A DNA stretch of 32,000 nt from Candidatus Thorarchaeota archaeon (GTDB taxonomy: Archaea; Asgardarchaeota; Thorarchaeia; Thorarchaeales; Thorarchaeaceae): positions 1 through 32,000 of the forward strand of contig PRDJ01000077.1 in the NCBI GenBank assembly GCA_003345555.1, given 5' to 3'. A program made the translations under genes and the position numbers. The notes beneath the pieces were generated by a model. The model was not told the origin of the DNA. It did not search any database and worked only from the letters and a program-made list of their open reading frames with translations. Of the stretch, positions 17,064-25,918 are shown piece after piece (within the stretch, counting starts at the first letter, position 1; every line of letters starts with the position of its first letter).

Positions 17064-18929
17064 CTATGTAGCCTTCTTTCTGACCTTGAGCAACTCGACG
17101 AGCTTTCTAAGGCGGTCACGTTTGGGCAGCAGGTCCTCTTCCTTTGCCTGCAGCGTAAGAATGGCCGCAGTATAGTCTCCTTTCTCAATGACTCGCAAGA
17201 CGGTGACTAGCGACAACATGTACTTCTTCCTAGTGGATTTGGCTATTTCTTCCATCTGCCCTATTAAGGCCGAAATCTGATCTCGTGCTTCTGGATGCTT
17301 GTCGAAGGTGACCTCAAAGACTTGGAAGAAGTCCTCAAAGGCATCGTCGCTTTCGTTGATTCTCTTGAACCCTTCCGCAGATTGTCTAAAGAACACAATT
17401 GCCTTCTCAATCATTTCCGGGTCATTCGTGTTGAGTGCCTCTGTGCCTGCATTCCTTACCCACACAGTAGCCACTTCAGGTACAGACATGCTCTCGTAAA
17501 GACTCGCGGCGTCAGTTGCTCTTTCACTTGCCAACTTGTGAAACAAGAAATGCTTCTCGCTGTCTCCCAGCTTGTCAGCGCAGTCAGCAGCCTTGCTGTA
17601 GTATTTTGAAGCGTCTTCCATTTCTGCAGACACAGTCTTCTCCTCAGCTAGGCTGACATAGATATCGAGGGCCGATTGAAGGTGCTTTCTGGAGGTTGCC
17701 ACATCACCGGTTTCACTGAGAACGTCAGCGAGTTCCTCAAGCGATACTGCCTGTTGCTCTTTGTTTCCTTTCTTTGCTTCCGTTTGTGATTGCGTGAGAT
17801 AGTAGTCAATTACCTGCTGATAGATAGTCGCAGATTCCTTCTTTAAGCCCCACAGCTTCAAGCACATCGCTTGATGTCTAAGGTAATCCTTCTGGGCATC
17901 TGTTTCATTGTCTTTTGCGGCCTTTGCAGCCAGCGTGCCGAAGAGCTCACCAGCTCTTTTGTACGCCCACTTGGCTTTAACATTCCCGAGTTCAGCAAAC
18001 ATCCCTCCTGCCTTGACCAGCAACGGTGCGAGGACCTCTGGCGCCCCCTCCATCTTGAGGTAGGCCTCTGCTGATTTCAGGAGAGCTTGCTTTCGTGCAC
18101 CTGTGAGTCTCTGCTGTTGGAATGCCTCTTGGGCCGCATCATAGGTGTTCCCGGCTTTTTCAAATAGCCCTGCTGCTTCATAGAGTTCTGCCGCCTCCAT
18201 CATTGCCCGAGCCGCCTCAGACAGAATACCTCTAATCTGCATTACCTGAGCAGCCTCGGCTAGAGCATTGCCTGCAGAAAGAAAGTCCCCCGTATTCTTT
18301 GACGCCTCGGCCCACCTGAGTGCGATTCTTTGAGCACGATCATCTATGCGTGCGCCGAGATCGTTGTCACCTGAAGCATAGTAGAGCCTGCCCACCTTTT
18401 TCAGAAGTGTGACAGCTTCGCTGAAGTTCTTCTCTTCCTCCTGCTTGTCCGCAAGCTCTTCAAGGGCATCAGCTGCTCGCGTATTGAATTCTGTTCGACT
18501 GTCTTCAGTAGCTGAAAATTCGGCAGCTCTAAAGTAGAAATCCGCAGCGCGTTTGAATTCGATTGCTCTTTCAGCAGTCTTAGCCGCGGCAGCGCTGAGG
18601 CGAACTATTTCGCTATAGGCTTCCGGCTTGGCTCCCTGCCGAATTAGCATGAGGATTGCCTGCTCTATCGCATCATAATATTGCTGGGTCTTGCCGATTT
18701 GTCGATAGACTTGTGCTGACTGTTCGTAAAGCTTCGCTGCTGCGCTATAGGCACCTTTTGACGAAAAGGCATCGGCTGCCTGAGCGAGAAACATGCTGGC
18801 GGCCTCCTTATCTCCACTTGTGACTGCTTTCTTAGCCTTCTCTAGAAGTTCCTCAGTGGAGGTCACCAGTTTAACCCTCAGACTATGCAGTAGATGGTAT
18901 ACAGGGCTGAGAGCTTTCGCCCTCCTCAT
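17064..18929 (-). CDS. Large alpha-solenoid (TPR/alpha-SNAP-like repeat) protein
   Basis: 621-aa Ala/Glu/Lys-rich helical repeats of the type AAxxYxxAAxxF (AAKLYEQSAQVY, AADFYFRAAEF, AGNTYDAAQEAF). GTG 18866 is an alternative start. Confidence 0.75.
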   Translation of the reverse strand: MRRAKALSPVYHLLHSLRVKLVTSTEELLEKAKKAVTSGDKEAASMFLAQAADAFSSKGAYSAAAKLYEQSAQVYRQIGKTQQYYDAIEQAILMLIRQGAKPEAYSEIVRLSAAAAKTAERAIEFKRAADFYFRAAEFSATEDSRTEFNTRAADALEELADKQEEEKNFSEAVTLLKKVGRLYYASGDNDLGARIDDRAQRIALRWAEASKNTGDFLSAGNALAEAAQVMQIRGILSEAARAMMEAAELYEAAGLFEKAGNTYDAAQEAFQQQRLTGARKQALLKSAEAYLKMEGAPEVLAPLLVKAGGMFAELGNVKAKWAYKRAGELFGTLAAKAAKDNETDAQKDYLRHQAMCLKLWGLKKESATIYQQVIDYYLTQSQTEAKKGNKEQQAVSLEELADVLSETGDVATSRKHLQSALDIYVSLAEEKTVSAEMEDASKYYSKAADCADKLGDSEKHFLFHKLASERATDAASLYESMSVPEVATVWVRNAGTEALNTNDPEMIEKAIVFFRQSAEGFKRINESDDAFEDFFQVFEVTFDKHPEARDQISALIGQMEEIAKSTRKKYMLSLVTVLRVIEKGDYTAAILTLQAKEEDLLPKRDRLRKLVELLKVRKKAT

Positions 18930-19140
18930 AACAGTTTTTCTGACAAAACCTGCTCGTTTCGTGGCCGGCTAGAGAAGCTTGAGAAAGAACGGACATCGAC
19001 TGTCTGCTAGGGCGTCAACAGTGCTTGGGAAAGTACACAGTTATCCATGGAGTACTACCTAGGAAATGGACGGTCCAACTTGGCTCAAAAGGAAGCATCA
19101 CTCGACAATGATCAATTCACACCAGAGTCCGCTATTTCCT

Positions 19141-19971
19141 TCATAGCAGAGTGATTACCAGTCCCCATTTACTGATACCTAACTGGAGTTCACTGCCAAA
19201 TTCCTTTACATACCCATTCTCAATCCTTATTGATGACTTGTCCGAAACTTGTCTAATCTGATCATTCCAAAGGACAAGCTTGATTGAAGCCGTATCATCA
19301 GTGAGTACTGCATCAACCAACTTCAGTTGTTCGCCTGTTTTTCTAGATGAAACTGTGCGAGGACTCGAGAGACTTCGGACTTGTCCTTCAACCACGACTG
19401 AGACCAGGTCCTTGTGAAGGCCTTCGATTCTTGACATTGCTCTTGGGAATTCGTGAGAAATCCTTCTTTCGTAGTAGTTGCCGCTCCATTGACTGTACTC
19501 GTGCGTTGTTCCGATTTGAACGAATCCAAGCTTCCTATAGAATGGATTAGTCCTCAGATTCCATTCTGGGGTTCCCAATGCCCACAGATCAACGGAAGAA
19601 TATCTCTCCCAGATTAACTGAAAGGCCTTCTCCCCTATTCCCTTTCTCATGTAGGCAGGATTAACCCAAATCCTTTCACACACTTGATATCCGGGGCCTC
19701 TGTCTCCCACAATGAACCCGCCAACGATGTCTCCTCCCTTGAGAATCTTGTAGTATTGCAGGTACCTATTGGTAATCCTGTGTGAGTTCCAGTCAACCGA
19801 GTCATAGCCGGGAGGGCCGCCCGGACCAGGTGCTCCCACTTCCAAGTCTGAATCAAATGCTCTCCTGCAAGTTTCTGTAAGGATTGCAGCATCTTCGACT
19901 TCTGCTCTACGGACTGTGATTTCGGTTGCGGCATCCATTGAGAAAACCGGTTTCGCATGAGAAGTGCTCAT
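19141..19971 (-). CDS. GNAT N-acetyltransferase fused to an SSB/RPA-type OB fold
   Basis: WVNPAYMRKGIG (acetyl-CoA loop) and NPFYRKLGF at aa 100-150; then VEGQVRSLSSPRTV...LTDDTASIKLVLWND...IRIENGYVKEF at aa 190-270. ATG 19938 is an alternative start. Confidence 0.85.
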   Translation of the reverse strand: MSTSHAKPVFSMDAATEITVRRAEVEDAAILTETCRRAFDSDLEVGAPGPGGPPGYDSVDWNSHRITNRYLQYYKILKGGDIVGGFIVGDRGPGYQVCERIWVNPAYMRKGIGEKAFQLIWERYSSVDLWALGTPEWNLRTNPFYRKLGFVQIGTTHEYSQWSGNYYERRISHEFPRAMSRIEGLHKDLVSVVVEGQVRSLSSPRTVSSRKTGEQLKLVDAVLTDDTASIKLVLWNDQIRQVSDKSSIRIENGYVKEFGSELQLGISKWGLVITLL

Positions 19972-20104
19972 TTTTGACTTCTTCTCTTAATCACATCACG
20001 CGAAGAATGTAGTTCACTTCTGGCTTCTAGACCGATTCGTTCTGTGGGCATTTACAGAAGCCTAAAAAAGAACGAACATTGGTTCCCTCTTCCGGAGTTG
20101 GTTC

Positions 20105-21208
20105 CTGACGAAGGCCCATACGAGAGTTGGCGTTATCGGCACAGGCAACATAGGTAAGGCTCACTTGACTTCAATAGCTGCCCTCCGAGAGGCTAATCTT
20201 CTTGACGTTGAAGTGACTGCAATCTGCGATTCCGATTCAGACACGCTCAGAGCTGCCGCCGAGTTCTTTGACGTGCCCAAGAAATATGCAGCTTACAGTG
20301 AGCTTGTGAACAGCAATGACGTCGACGTTGTCTATGTATGCACTCCCACGAATCTTCATCCAGAGATGGTCGAAGCTGCTGTAAGGGCTCGCAAACCCGC
20401 ATTGTGTGAAAAGCCTCTGGCCCACACCTATGCTCAGGCCTCCAGTCTCATGACCGCGGCTAGGAGCGCCGGAGTACCTACAGGAATCGACCTTGTGCTC
20501 AGGTTCGACCAGTTCCTGCTTTGTGCCAAGAATCTGATTGAGTCTAGAGAACTTGGCAAACCAATGCTGGCCCATATCCGGGACGACCAGCGGATGCCTG
20601 TCGGTTTTCTGTACTATAGTCAGTGGCGCGGCGACAAAGCGATTGCCGGCGGTGGCACGTTGATTGAGCATAGTATCCATGATGTGGATCTTCTTCAATG
20701 GTTCTTGGGGCCAGCTGATACCGTATTTGCGAAGACGAGTTACTTTGCAGGCAAGGAGATAGAGGACCAGGCGTCGGTGATTACCACACACAGAGACGGA
20801 TCGGTAAGTACAATCGACTCTGTCTGGCACCTTGTTGAGCGCCCCAGTGAAAGAATGATCGAGTTCTTCTTCGAGAAAGGGTACATTGGCATCAAGCTCG
20901 GGTCGGACGAACACTACCTTCAGTATCAGCTCCAAGGCGAGAAACCGGTCAGTGTCCCTGAGGAAACGGCGAATCGCGCTCTTCTCGAAAAGCTTGGACT
21001 GGCTAGAGCCAATCTTTCAGCAGAGGCACGAGAACTCATCACATCAGTTGGTACTGAGAGATACATGGCTCTGAGCTACTCGTTTCTGGATGCCATCCAG
21101 AGGAATCTAAATCCTTCTCCCGGTTTTGCCGAAGCAGTGGAGGCGCACAGGGTTGTCGATGCTGCGTACGATTCTGCGAAGAAGCAAAGACTGGTGAAGA
21201 TTCGTTAA
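20105..21208 (+). CDS. Gfo/Idh/MocA family oxidoreductase
   Basis: RVGVIGTGNIG (Rossmann motif, upstream of the ORF-track start 20165), VYVCTPTNLH, LCEKPLA and GGGTLIEHSIHDVD. CTG 20105 start is inferred. Confidence 0.9.
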   Translation: MTKAHTRVGVIGTGNIGKAHLTSIAALREANLLDVEVTAICDSDSDTLRAAAEFFDVPKKYAAYSELVNSNDVDVVYVCTPTNLHPEMVEAAVRARKPALCEKPLAHTYAQASSLMTAARSAGVPTGIDLVLRFDQFLLCAKNLIESRELGKPMLAHIRDDQRMPVGFLYYSQWRGDKAIAGGGTLIEHSIHDVDLLQWFLGPADTVFAKTSYFAGKEIEDQASVITTHRDGSVSTIDSVWHLVERPSERMIEFFFEKGYIGIKLGSDEHYLQYQLQGEKPVSVPEETANRALLEKLGLARANLSAEARELITSVGTERYMALSYSFLDAIQRNLNPSPGFAEAVEAHRVVDAAYDSAKKQRLVKIR

Positions 21209-21220
21209 GAGCAAAAAGGA

Positions 21221-21302
21221 AGGTTGTCCTCCACGTGTGAACGTGGCGGGACGTGTGACACCTACGTACTTCCCGAGTCTTGGGCGGCGGAGAAAACAAC
21301 CT
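21221..21302 (+). other. Candidate structured intergenic element
   Basis: AGGTTGT/ACAACCT closing stem, CCACGT-GTGA-ACGTGG hairpin and CGGGA/TCCCG stem. Confidence 0.4.
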
Positions 21303-21335
21303 TAAGACGGCATTCATTGTGCTGCAGGGGCACTC

Positions 21336-22703
21336 ATGAAAGAGAAATCCCTTGACCGTGTTGACGAGTCAGAGTATGACGTAGTCATCGCCGGTTCTGG
21401 TGCTGGGGGACTCCTTACAGCACTGGGCCTGTCCGAAGATGGAAAGAGGGTATTGGTGCTAGAAAAGGAGAATCACTTGGGGGGTGTCTGGTACGGATAC
21501 AATGTCGACGGATATCGGGTTGATCAGGGTCTCCACGTGATAACGCGGGCAAAGAGAGGACCTTTCTCTCGTTTTCTGAGAAAGTACCTGAGACCTCCTC
21601 CTGAAATCGTTCTGCATGAAGGCTGGTATTTCCGTGTAAATGATCGAGTTGGTACCATTCCGTCAAGTGTTGCTGATGGGCTTCGTTGGCCGCTCACAGG
21701 TATGGTCGGTCGTCTGTCCCTTATCCGAATTGGGGCCAGAATCAAGATGATGAAGCTCCGCGAGATGCGCACCTATCAGCACTTGACATTCATTGAGTAT
21801 CTGCGAATGAAAGGGGTGACAAATCAAACAATCATGGACGTAATGGAGAGTGCGTTGTACTTGGCGGCCGGCGTACCTATCGAGCAAGCATCTGCCTATG
21901 AGGCGCTTCGGACGCTCAAGGATACTGACAAGGAGACACCCAAGATCCGATCTCTGAAGAACCTGTTATTTGGGTCTCAAGATTATGATGAGGGGGTTGC
22001 TATCGGTGGGATGCAAGGGCTGGTGAACAGGGTCGTCTCCGCCATCAACGGTGACTACGTATTGAATGCTCCAGTCGAACGGATAACTGAAAGGGAAAGC
22101 AGGGTTACGGGCTTGACCGTTCGGGGGAAGGAAATCCGCAATTCAAAGATAGTCAGCAATATCCCTCTCTGGTCATTGCCCAACATAATTGATTCCAAAC
22201 GCACAGAAGTCACATCATTCTTTCAGAATTGGAGCCACATGAGACCGACAAAGGGTGTGACACTCTGGCTGGGCCTCGACAAAGTGATAATAGGTGACAG
22301 GAAATCGCGGGTTATTGTGCATCCTACTCCGAGTAGATGGGTGCTATCGTTGTCCAGCTTCGACCCATCATGTGCTCCCGATGGGAAGGAGCTTGTCGCC
22401 ATTGCCATGATATTCATCGAGGGCAAACCAATAGATGAACAGGTTCAGATGATGAAGGGCAACGGACTTTCAACATATCATCCTGGCATAGTCGACCACA
22501 TCGACATGGAGCATGTTCAGGTATCCTATGCAACACGTGCTGCGCTCATGCCCGGCCAGACCGCCCTAGATCGCCCCGGTCCTCGTACGCCAGTGGCAGG
22601 GTTGTACATAGTAGGAACAGATACTGCTGGAGAAGGCGTAGGGCTACAGCAGGCTGCAAATTCCGCTGAGGGCGTCTTGGCAGCTCTTAGGTCAGACAAT
22701 TGA
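21336..22703 (+). CDS. FAD-dependent oxidoreductase (phytoene desaturase/amine oxidase-like)
   Basis: DVVIAGSGAGGL...VLEKENHLGG...VDQGLH, GGMQGLVNRV, and C-terminal GLYIVGTDT. Confidence 0.88.
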   Translation: MKEKSLDRVDESEYDVVIAGSGAGGLLTALGLSEDGKRVLVLEKENHLGGVWYGYNVDGYRVDQGLHVITRAKRGPFSRFLRKYLRPPPEIVLHEGWYFRVNDRVGTIPSSVADGLRWPLTGMVGRLSLIRIGARIKMMKLREMRTYQHLTFIEYLRMKGVTNQTIMDVMESALYLAAGVPIEQASAYEALRTLKDTDKETPKIRSLKNLLFGSQDYDEGVAIGGMQGLVNRVVSAINGDYVLNAPVERITERESRVTGLTVRGKEIRNSKIVSNIPLWSLPNIIDSKRTEVTSFFQNWSHMRPTKGVTLWLGLDKVIIGDRKSRVIVHPTPSRWVLSLSSFDPSCAPDGKELVAIAMIFIEGKPIDEQVQMMKGNGLSTYHPGIVDHIDMEHVQVSYATRAALMPGQTALDRPGPRTPVAGLYIVGTDTAGEGVGLQQAANSAEGVLAALRSDN

Positions 22704-22781
22704 CCAGTCTTGCCGAAAGAGTTTTGTTCATCACCCGTGGTCACATGCCGACGACAGACTAGCTGTCAGAGGCCGTTCAAG

Positions 22782-23342
22782 ATGACCATGATTGAGGTCA
22801 GATGGCATGGGCGAGGAGGACAAGGTGGGGTTACTTCTGCGGAGCTCTTGGCTAAGGCCGCCTTTCTTGATGGATACAAGGGGGTTCAGGCCTTTCCATT
22901 CTTTGGTTCCGAGCGCAGGGGCGCACCCGTGAAGGCATTCACTCGGGTATCCACTGAGGAGATTAATGTTAGGAGTCAGATATACGAGCCTGACGTAGTT
23001 GCAGTACTTGACTCAAGCATACTCGATTTGATAGACGTAACCGAAGGTCTCAAAGAAGGCGGGAAGGTGATTGTCAATACTCCCTCCAAAGCAAGCAAGC
23101 TACAGCTGAACAGGGGGCACGTGTACACCTATGATGGGACCGGAATTGCTCTGAAGCTAGGTCTATTGGTTGCTGGCCTTCCCGTTGTCAATACTACCAT
23201 GCTTGGTGCATTTGCAAGAGCGACCGGACTGGTCAAGCTGGAGACTGTACAGCAAGTCATCCTGTCAAAGTGGTCTGGCAAAGCAGGAGAAAGGAATGCT
23301 GAGGGTGCTCGCGAGGCGTTCGACATCTGTAGCGACCTCTAG
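22782..23342 (+). CDS. 2-oxoacid:ferredoxin oxidoreductase gamma subunit (PorG/PorC-like)
   Basis: IEVRWHGRGGQGGVT, FPFFGSERRGAPV, IYEPDVV and VNTTMLGAFA. Confidence 0.92.
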   Translation: MTMIEVRWHGRGGQGGVTSAELLAKAAFLDGYKGVQAFPFFGSERRGAPVKAFTRVSTEEINVRSQIYEPDVVAVLDSSILDLIDVTEGLKEGGKVIVNTPSKASKLQLNRGHVYTYDGTGIALKLGLLVAGLPVVNTTMLGAFARATGLVKLETVQQVILSKWSGKAGERNAEGAREAFDICSDL

Positions 23343-23433
23343 GATGCTGTGGTGTCGTGACCAGTGCGCTGATTCTCTTAAGAGACGAAATGTATCCTTG
23401 TCTGGGCTGCAGAGGCACGCATCCCACCTGTAA

Positions 23434-24246
23434 TCAGGCGTACATCCTTTCGTAACCTGGGGCGCCAATCTGCGGGGGTGATCTTCGCATTCCATCTACC
23501 TGATGGGCGACGTCTTCCAAGTGCTTGCGAATTTCCTCAGCCGACTCCTGTAGCTCTTTGACATCAACCCCTAGTCGGTACAGCTTGTTCAGAGCTTGTA
23601 TCAATTGGATTGCGCCATCAGGATCCGGCACTACTGCAATCGCAGGTGTCAGTAGAGCGAATCCAACCATTGACCTGCACAAGGTTTCAGCCAATACTGA
23701 CCCAGCGATTCCAGTGATGATACCCTTCTTGAGCATCTCCATCTCCTTGTACTTCTCGAGGTCAGCTATTTTTTCTTCTTCGGCAACGAAGAGGACCTTG
23801 CGTTCTTCTGGTAGACCCTGAACAGGAATCCCGTCAAGTACCACGGTTTCCTTGACGCCCATTGTTGCAGCCCAGTCCAGAAGTGATGAGCTGACCGCAT
23901 ACATACCCTCTTCTGCGACTGGCAGCTCCGTTGTTACAACAAGCAGATTCTTGGTTTTGTGTGCGTAGACTCTGAAAGGATGACGAAGCCTGCCGTCTAG
24001 AAAAACGGCAGCAGAAGGGATGTACTTCGATCGTAGGTGAGCAATCTCTTCCATCCCCAATTGGTCAATTATCGTGTTTGCCACAATTATGCCTACGACA
24101 CCTGCTGACGGGAAGCAGCAGAGGAGGAGAGGCTGGTTGAGCTTTACCTCCTTTGTCTGTACAATCTGAGCATCCGGAGAACCGAGAACCTTGCCAACAC
24201 ATGCGCTTGCCACTTTTGAGAACCCGACACGAGTTGATTGATACAC
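23434..24246 (-). CDS. PAC2-family proteasome assembly chaperone (PbaA/PbaB-like)
   Basis: FPSAGVVGIIVANTII, VVLDGI, GIITGIAGSVL and PDPDGA; C-terminal MYA. The exact start is uncertain. Confidence 0.88.
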   Translation of the reverse strand: MYQSTRVGFSKVASACVGKVLGSPDAQIVQTKEVKLNQPLLLCCFPSAGVVGIIVANTIIDQLGMEEIAHLRSKYIPSAAVFLDGRLRHPFRVYAHKTKNLLVVTTELPVAEEGMYAVSSSLLDWAATMGVKETVVLDGIPVQGLPEERKVLFVAEEEKIADLEKYKEMEMLKKGIITGIAGSVLAETLCRSMVGFALLTPAIAVVPDPDGAIQLIQALNKLYRLGVDVKELQESAEEIRKHLEDVAHQVDGMRRSPPQIGAPGYERMYA

Positions 24247-24251
24247 CGATA

Positions 24252-25655
24252 TTAATCTTGGGTCAGAGGCTCAACATGAACAAAGACCTTGTTCACTTTA
24301 GGAAATGCTCCCTTAATCAGTCTCTCAACTCTCTCTGCAATAGTGTGGCTCTCTATGAGGGATATTCCTCCCTCCGCCCTGCAGTCAAGCGACAAAACCA
24401 GCCCGTTTTCATCTTCTCTCACAATGATATCATGGCAGTCACGTGCGACGGTCTCGCTTTCCACAGTTGTCTTGATGAACTTGACAATTGCCTGGTCCTC
24501 TTCCGTAACGTTGCGCACAGCAGTTTCTTTGCGCACTGACTCAAGATGGAGGGTCACACTTCTGATGTTGGAAATGTGTTCACGCAGAGTTGCCTCGAAC
24601 ATATCAGAGGCCTTGTGGGCTTCATCTAACGTGAGGCTAGGCGGCATCTCTAGGTCGGCTGCGATGTGCACGCCGTCAGACATATCATAAACACGGACGT
24701 TGTGAAGACCTTGGACAACTGGGTCCGCCTCGGCCAAATACTGAAGCTCTGAGTAAACGTTCATGTGGGGGCCAAGCATCCCCTCTCTCTTCATAGGTTC
24801 CATGTGGACCACGACATCTATCCTTTCCACTCGTCCCGCCAAGCCCTTCTCAATGGCATCCGCTATCACGTGTGCTCCGCTTCTTGCCAAGAGTTCGTCA
24901 ACTATTACCAAGACATCTATGAACAGCTGAGGTCCTGCGGTTCTCGTGCGTACTCTCCTGCACTCAATAACGCCTGGTACCTGACTACAAATCTGTCCTA
25001 TCCTTTCGCGCACACCCATCGGAGCGCGGTCAGTCAACATATCATAGGATCTCTTACCCAATCTAGCAGATACGAAGAAGATGACGACCGCTACCCCCAT
25101 TGCGGCCACAGGATCTGCCTGCGGGACGCCAATCCATACGAAACCCAATCCGATTAGTACAACAGTTGAGCTTATCATGTCGGTGCTAAAGTGCAAAGCG
25201 TCAGCTTCGAGGGCTTGACTGCCATGCTTGTGAGCAGTTCTGTACAGCATTCTACTTCTTTCGTAGTCCACGAAGATGCTCGTTGCCATAACTAGGACGC
25301 CTACGAAGGTCGCTTCAGGCCATTCCTGGGCTTGAATCCTCCGAATTGCCTCGAAGATGATCCACCCTGAGGTGAACCAAAGTATGAGGGTTTCTGCAAG
25401 TGCCGCGAAATTCTCTACTTTCCCATATCCATAGTTGTGGTCCAAATCAGGAGCCCTAGCTGCTCTCTTGACTGCAGTAAAGGTAATTATAGCAGCGGAC
25501 ATGTCTAGCCCACTGTGCAAAGCCTCGGATAGAATTCCAAGCGAACCACTGACAATACCAATCACAAGCTTCATGGAGGTCAGAAAGGCGGCTGCGCCCA
25601 CTGAGAGTGCCGCTGCTCTGTTGACCTCTCGCCTGTCCTTAGTAGCCGAGACCAT
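24252..25655 (-). CDS. Cation diffusion facilitator (FieF/CzcD-like) with three C-terminal dimerisation domains
   Basis: SEALHSGLD, PDLDHNYGYGKVE and ALEADALHFSTD; three repeats ending VVVHMEP, VTLHLES and VFVHVEP. Confidence 0.92.
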   Translation of the reverse strand: MVSATKDRREVNRAAALSVGAAAFLTSMKLVIGIVSGSLGILSEALHSGLDMSAAIITFTAVKRAARAPDLDHNYGYGKVENFAALAETLILWFTSGWIIFEAIRRIQAQEWPEATFVGVLVMATSIFVDYERSRMLYRTAHKHGSQALEADALHFSTDMISSTVVLIGLGFVWIGVPQADPVAAMGVAVVIFFVSARLGKRSYDMLTDRAPMGVRERIGQICSQVPGVIECRRVRTRTAGPQLFIDVLVIVDELLARSGAHVIADAIEKGLAGRVERIDVVVHMEPMKREGMLGPHMNVYSELQYLAEADPVVQGLHNVRVYDMSDGVHIAADLEMPPSLTLDEAHKASDMFEATLREHISNIRSVTLHLESVRKETAVRNVTEEDQAIVKFIKTTVESETVARDCHDIIVREDENGLVLSLDCRAEGGISLIESHTIAERVERLIKGAFPKVNKVFVHVEPLTQD

Positions 25656-25729
25656 GTACTATATCCGATTCCTGAGGCCGCAGAGTCCAGAGACTCTGGC
25701 TTTTCAAGTATTCTGTCTAACAGCGGCAC

Positions 25730-25786
25730 TGACAGGAAATTCCCACTCATTGGCTTATTGGTTGACTACTGTGGAACTCCCTGTCA
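25730..25786 (-). other. Long imperfect hairpin upstream of the CDF gene
   Basis: Minus-strand 5'-TGACAGGGAGTTCCAC...GTGGGAATTTCCTGTCA-3' forms 16 bp with one bulge and two G-U pairs. Confidence 0.5.
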
Positions 25787-25918
25787 ATAGACTGCATACG
25801 ACATAATCTGCAGTCTTTCTGGCTTCAGTTGGGCGATTCATCAGCTTTCACGTGTGAAAACCCGCCAAGCCTGTCTCGGCGCTCCGAATGGCACAACGGA
25901 TGGATGATTCAGGATATG

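Noticed and set aside
18930-19140. Hidden gene or ncRNA in the 210-bp gap
   Set aside because: No convincing ORF or stable stem was seen; it probably holds the promoter of the solenoid gene and the terminator of the GNAT-OB gene.
20237-20935. Long antisense ORFs (for example 232 aa here, 186 aa at 2965-3525, 168 aa at 30544-31050)
   Set aside because: They shadow well-supported genes on the opposite strand and show no recognisable motifs.
21221-21302. SECIS or C/D box sRNA
   Set aside because: No AUGA/GA quartet and no RUGAUGA/CUGA boxes; the upstream gene has no in-frame TGA.
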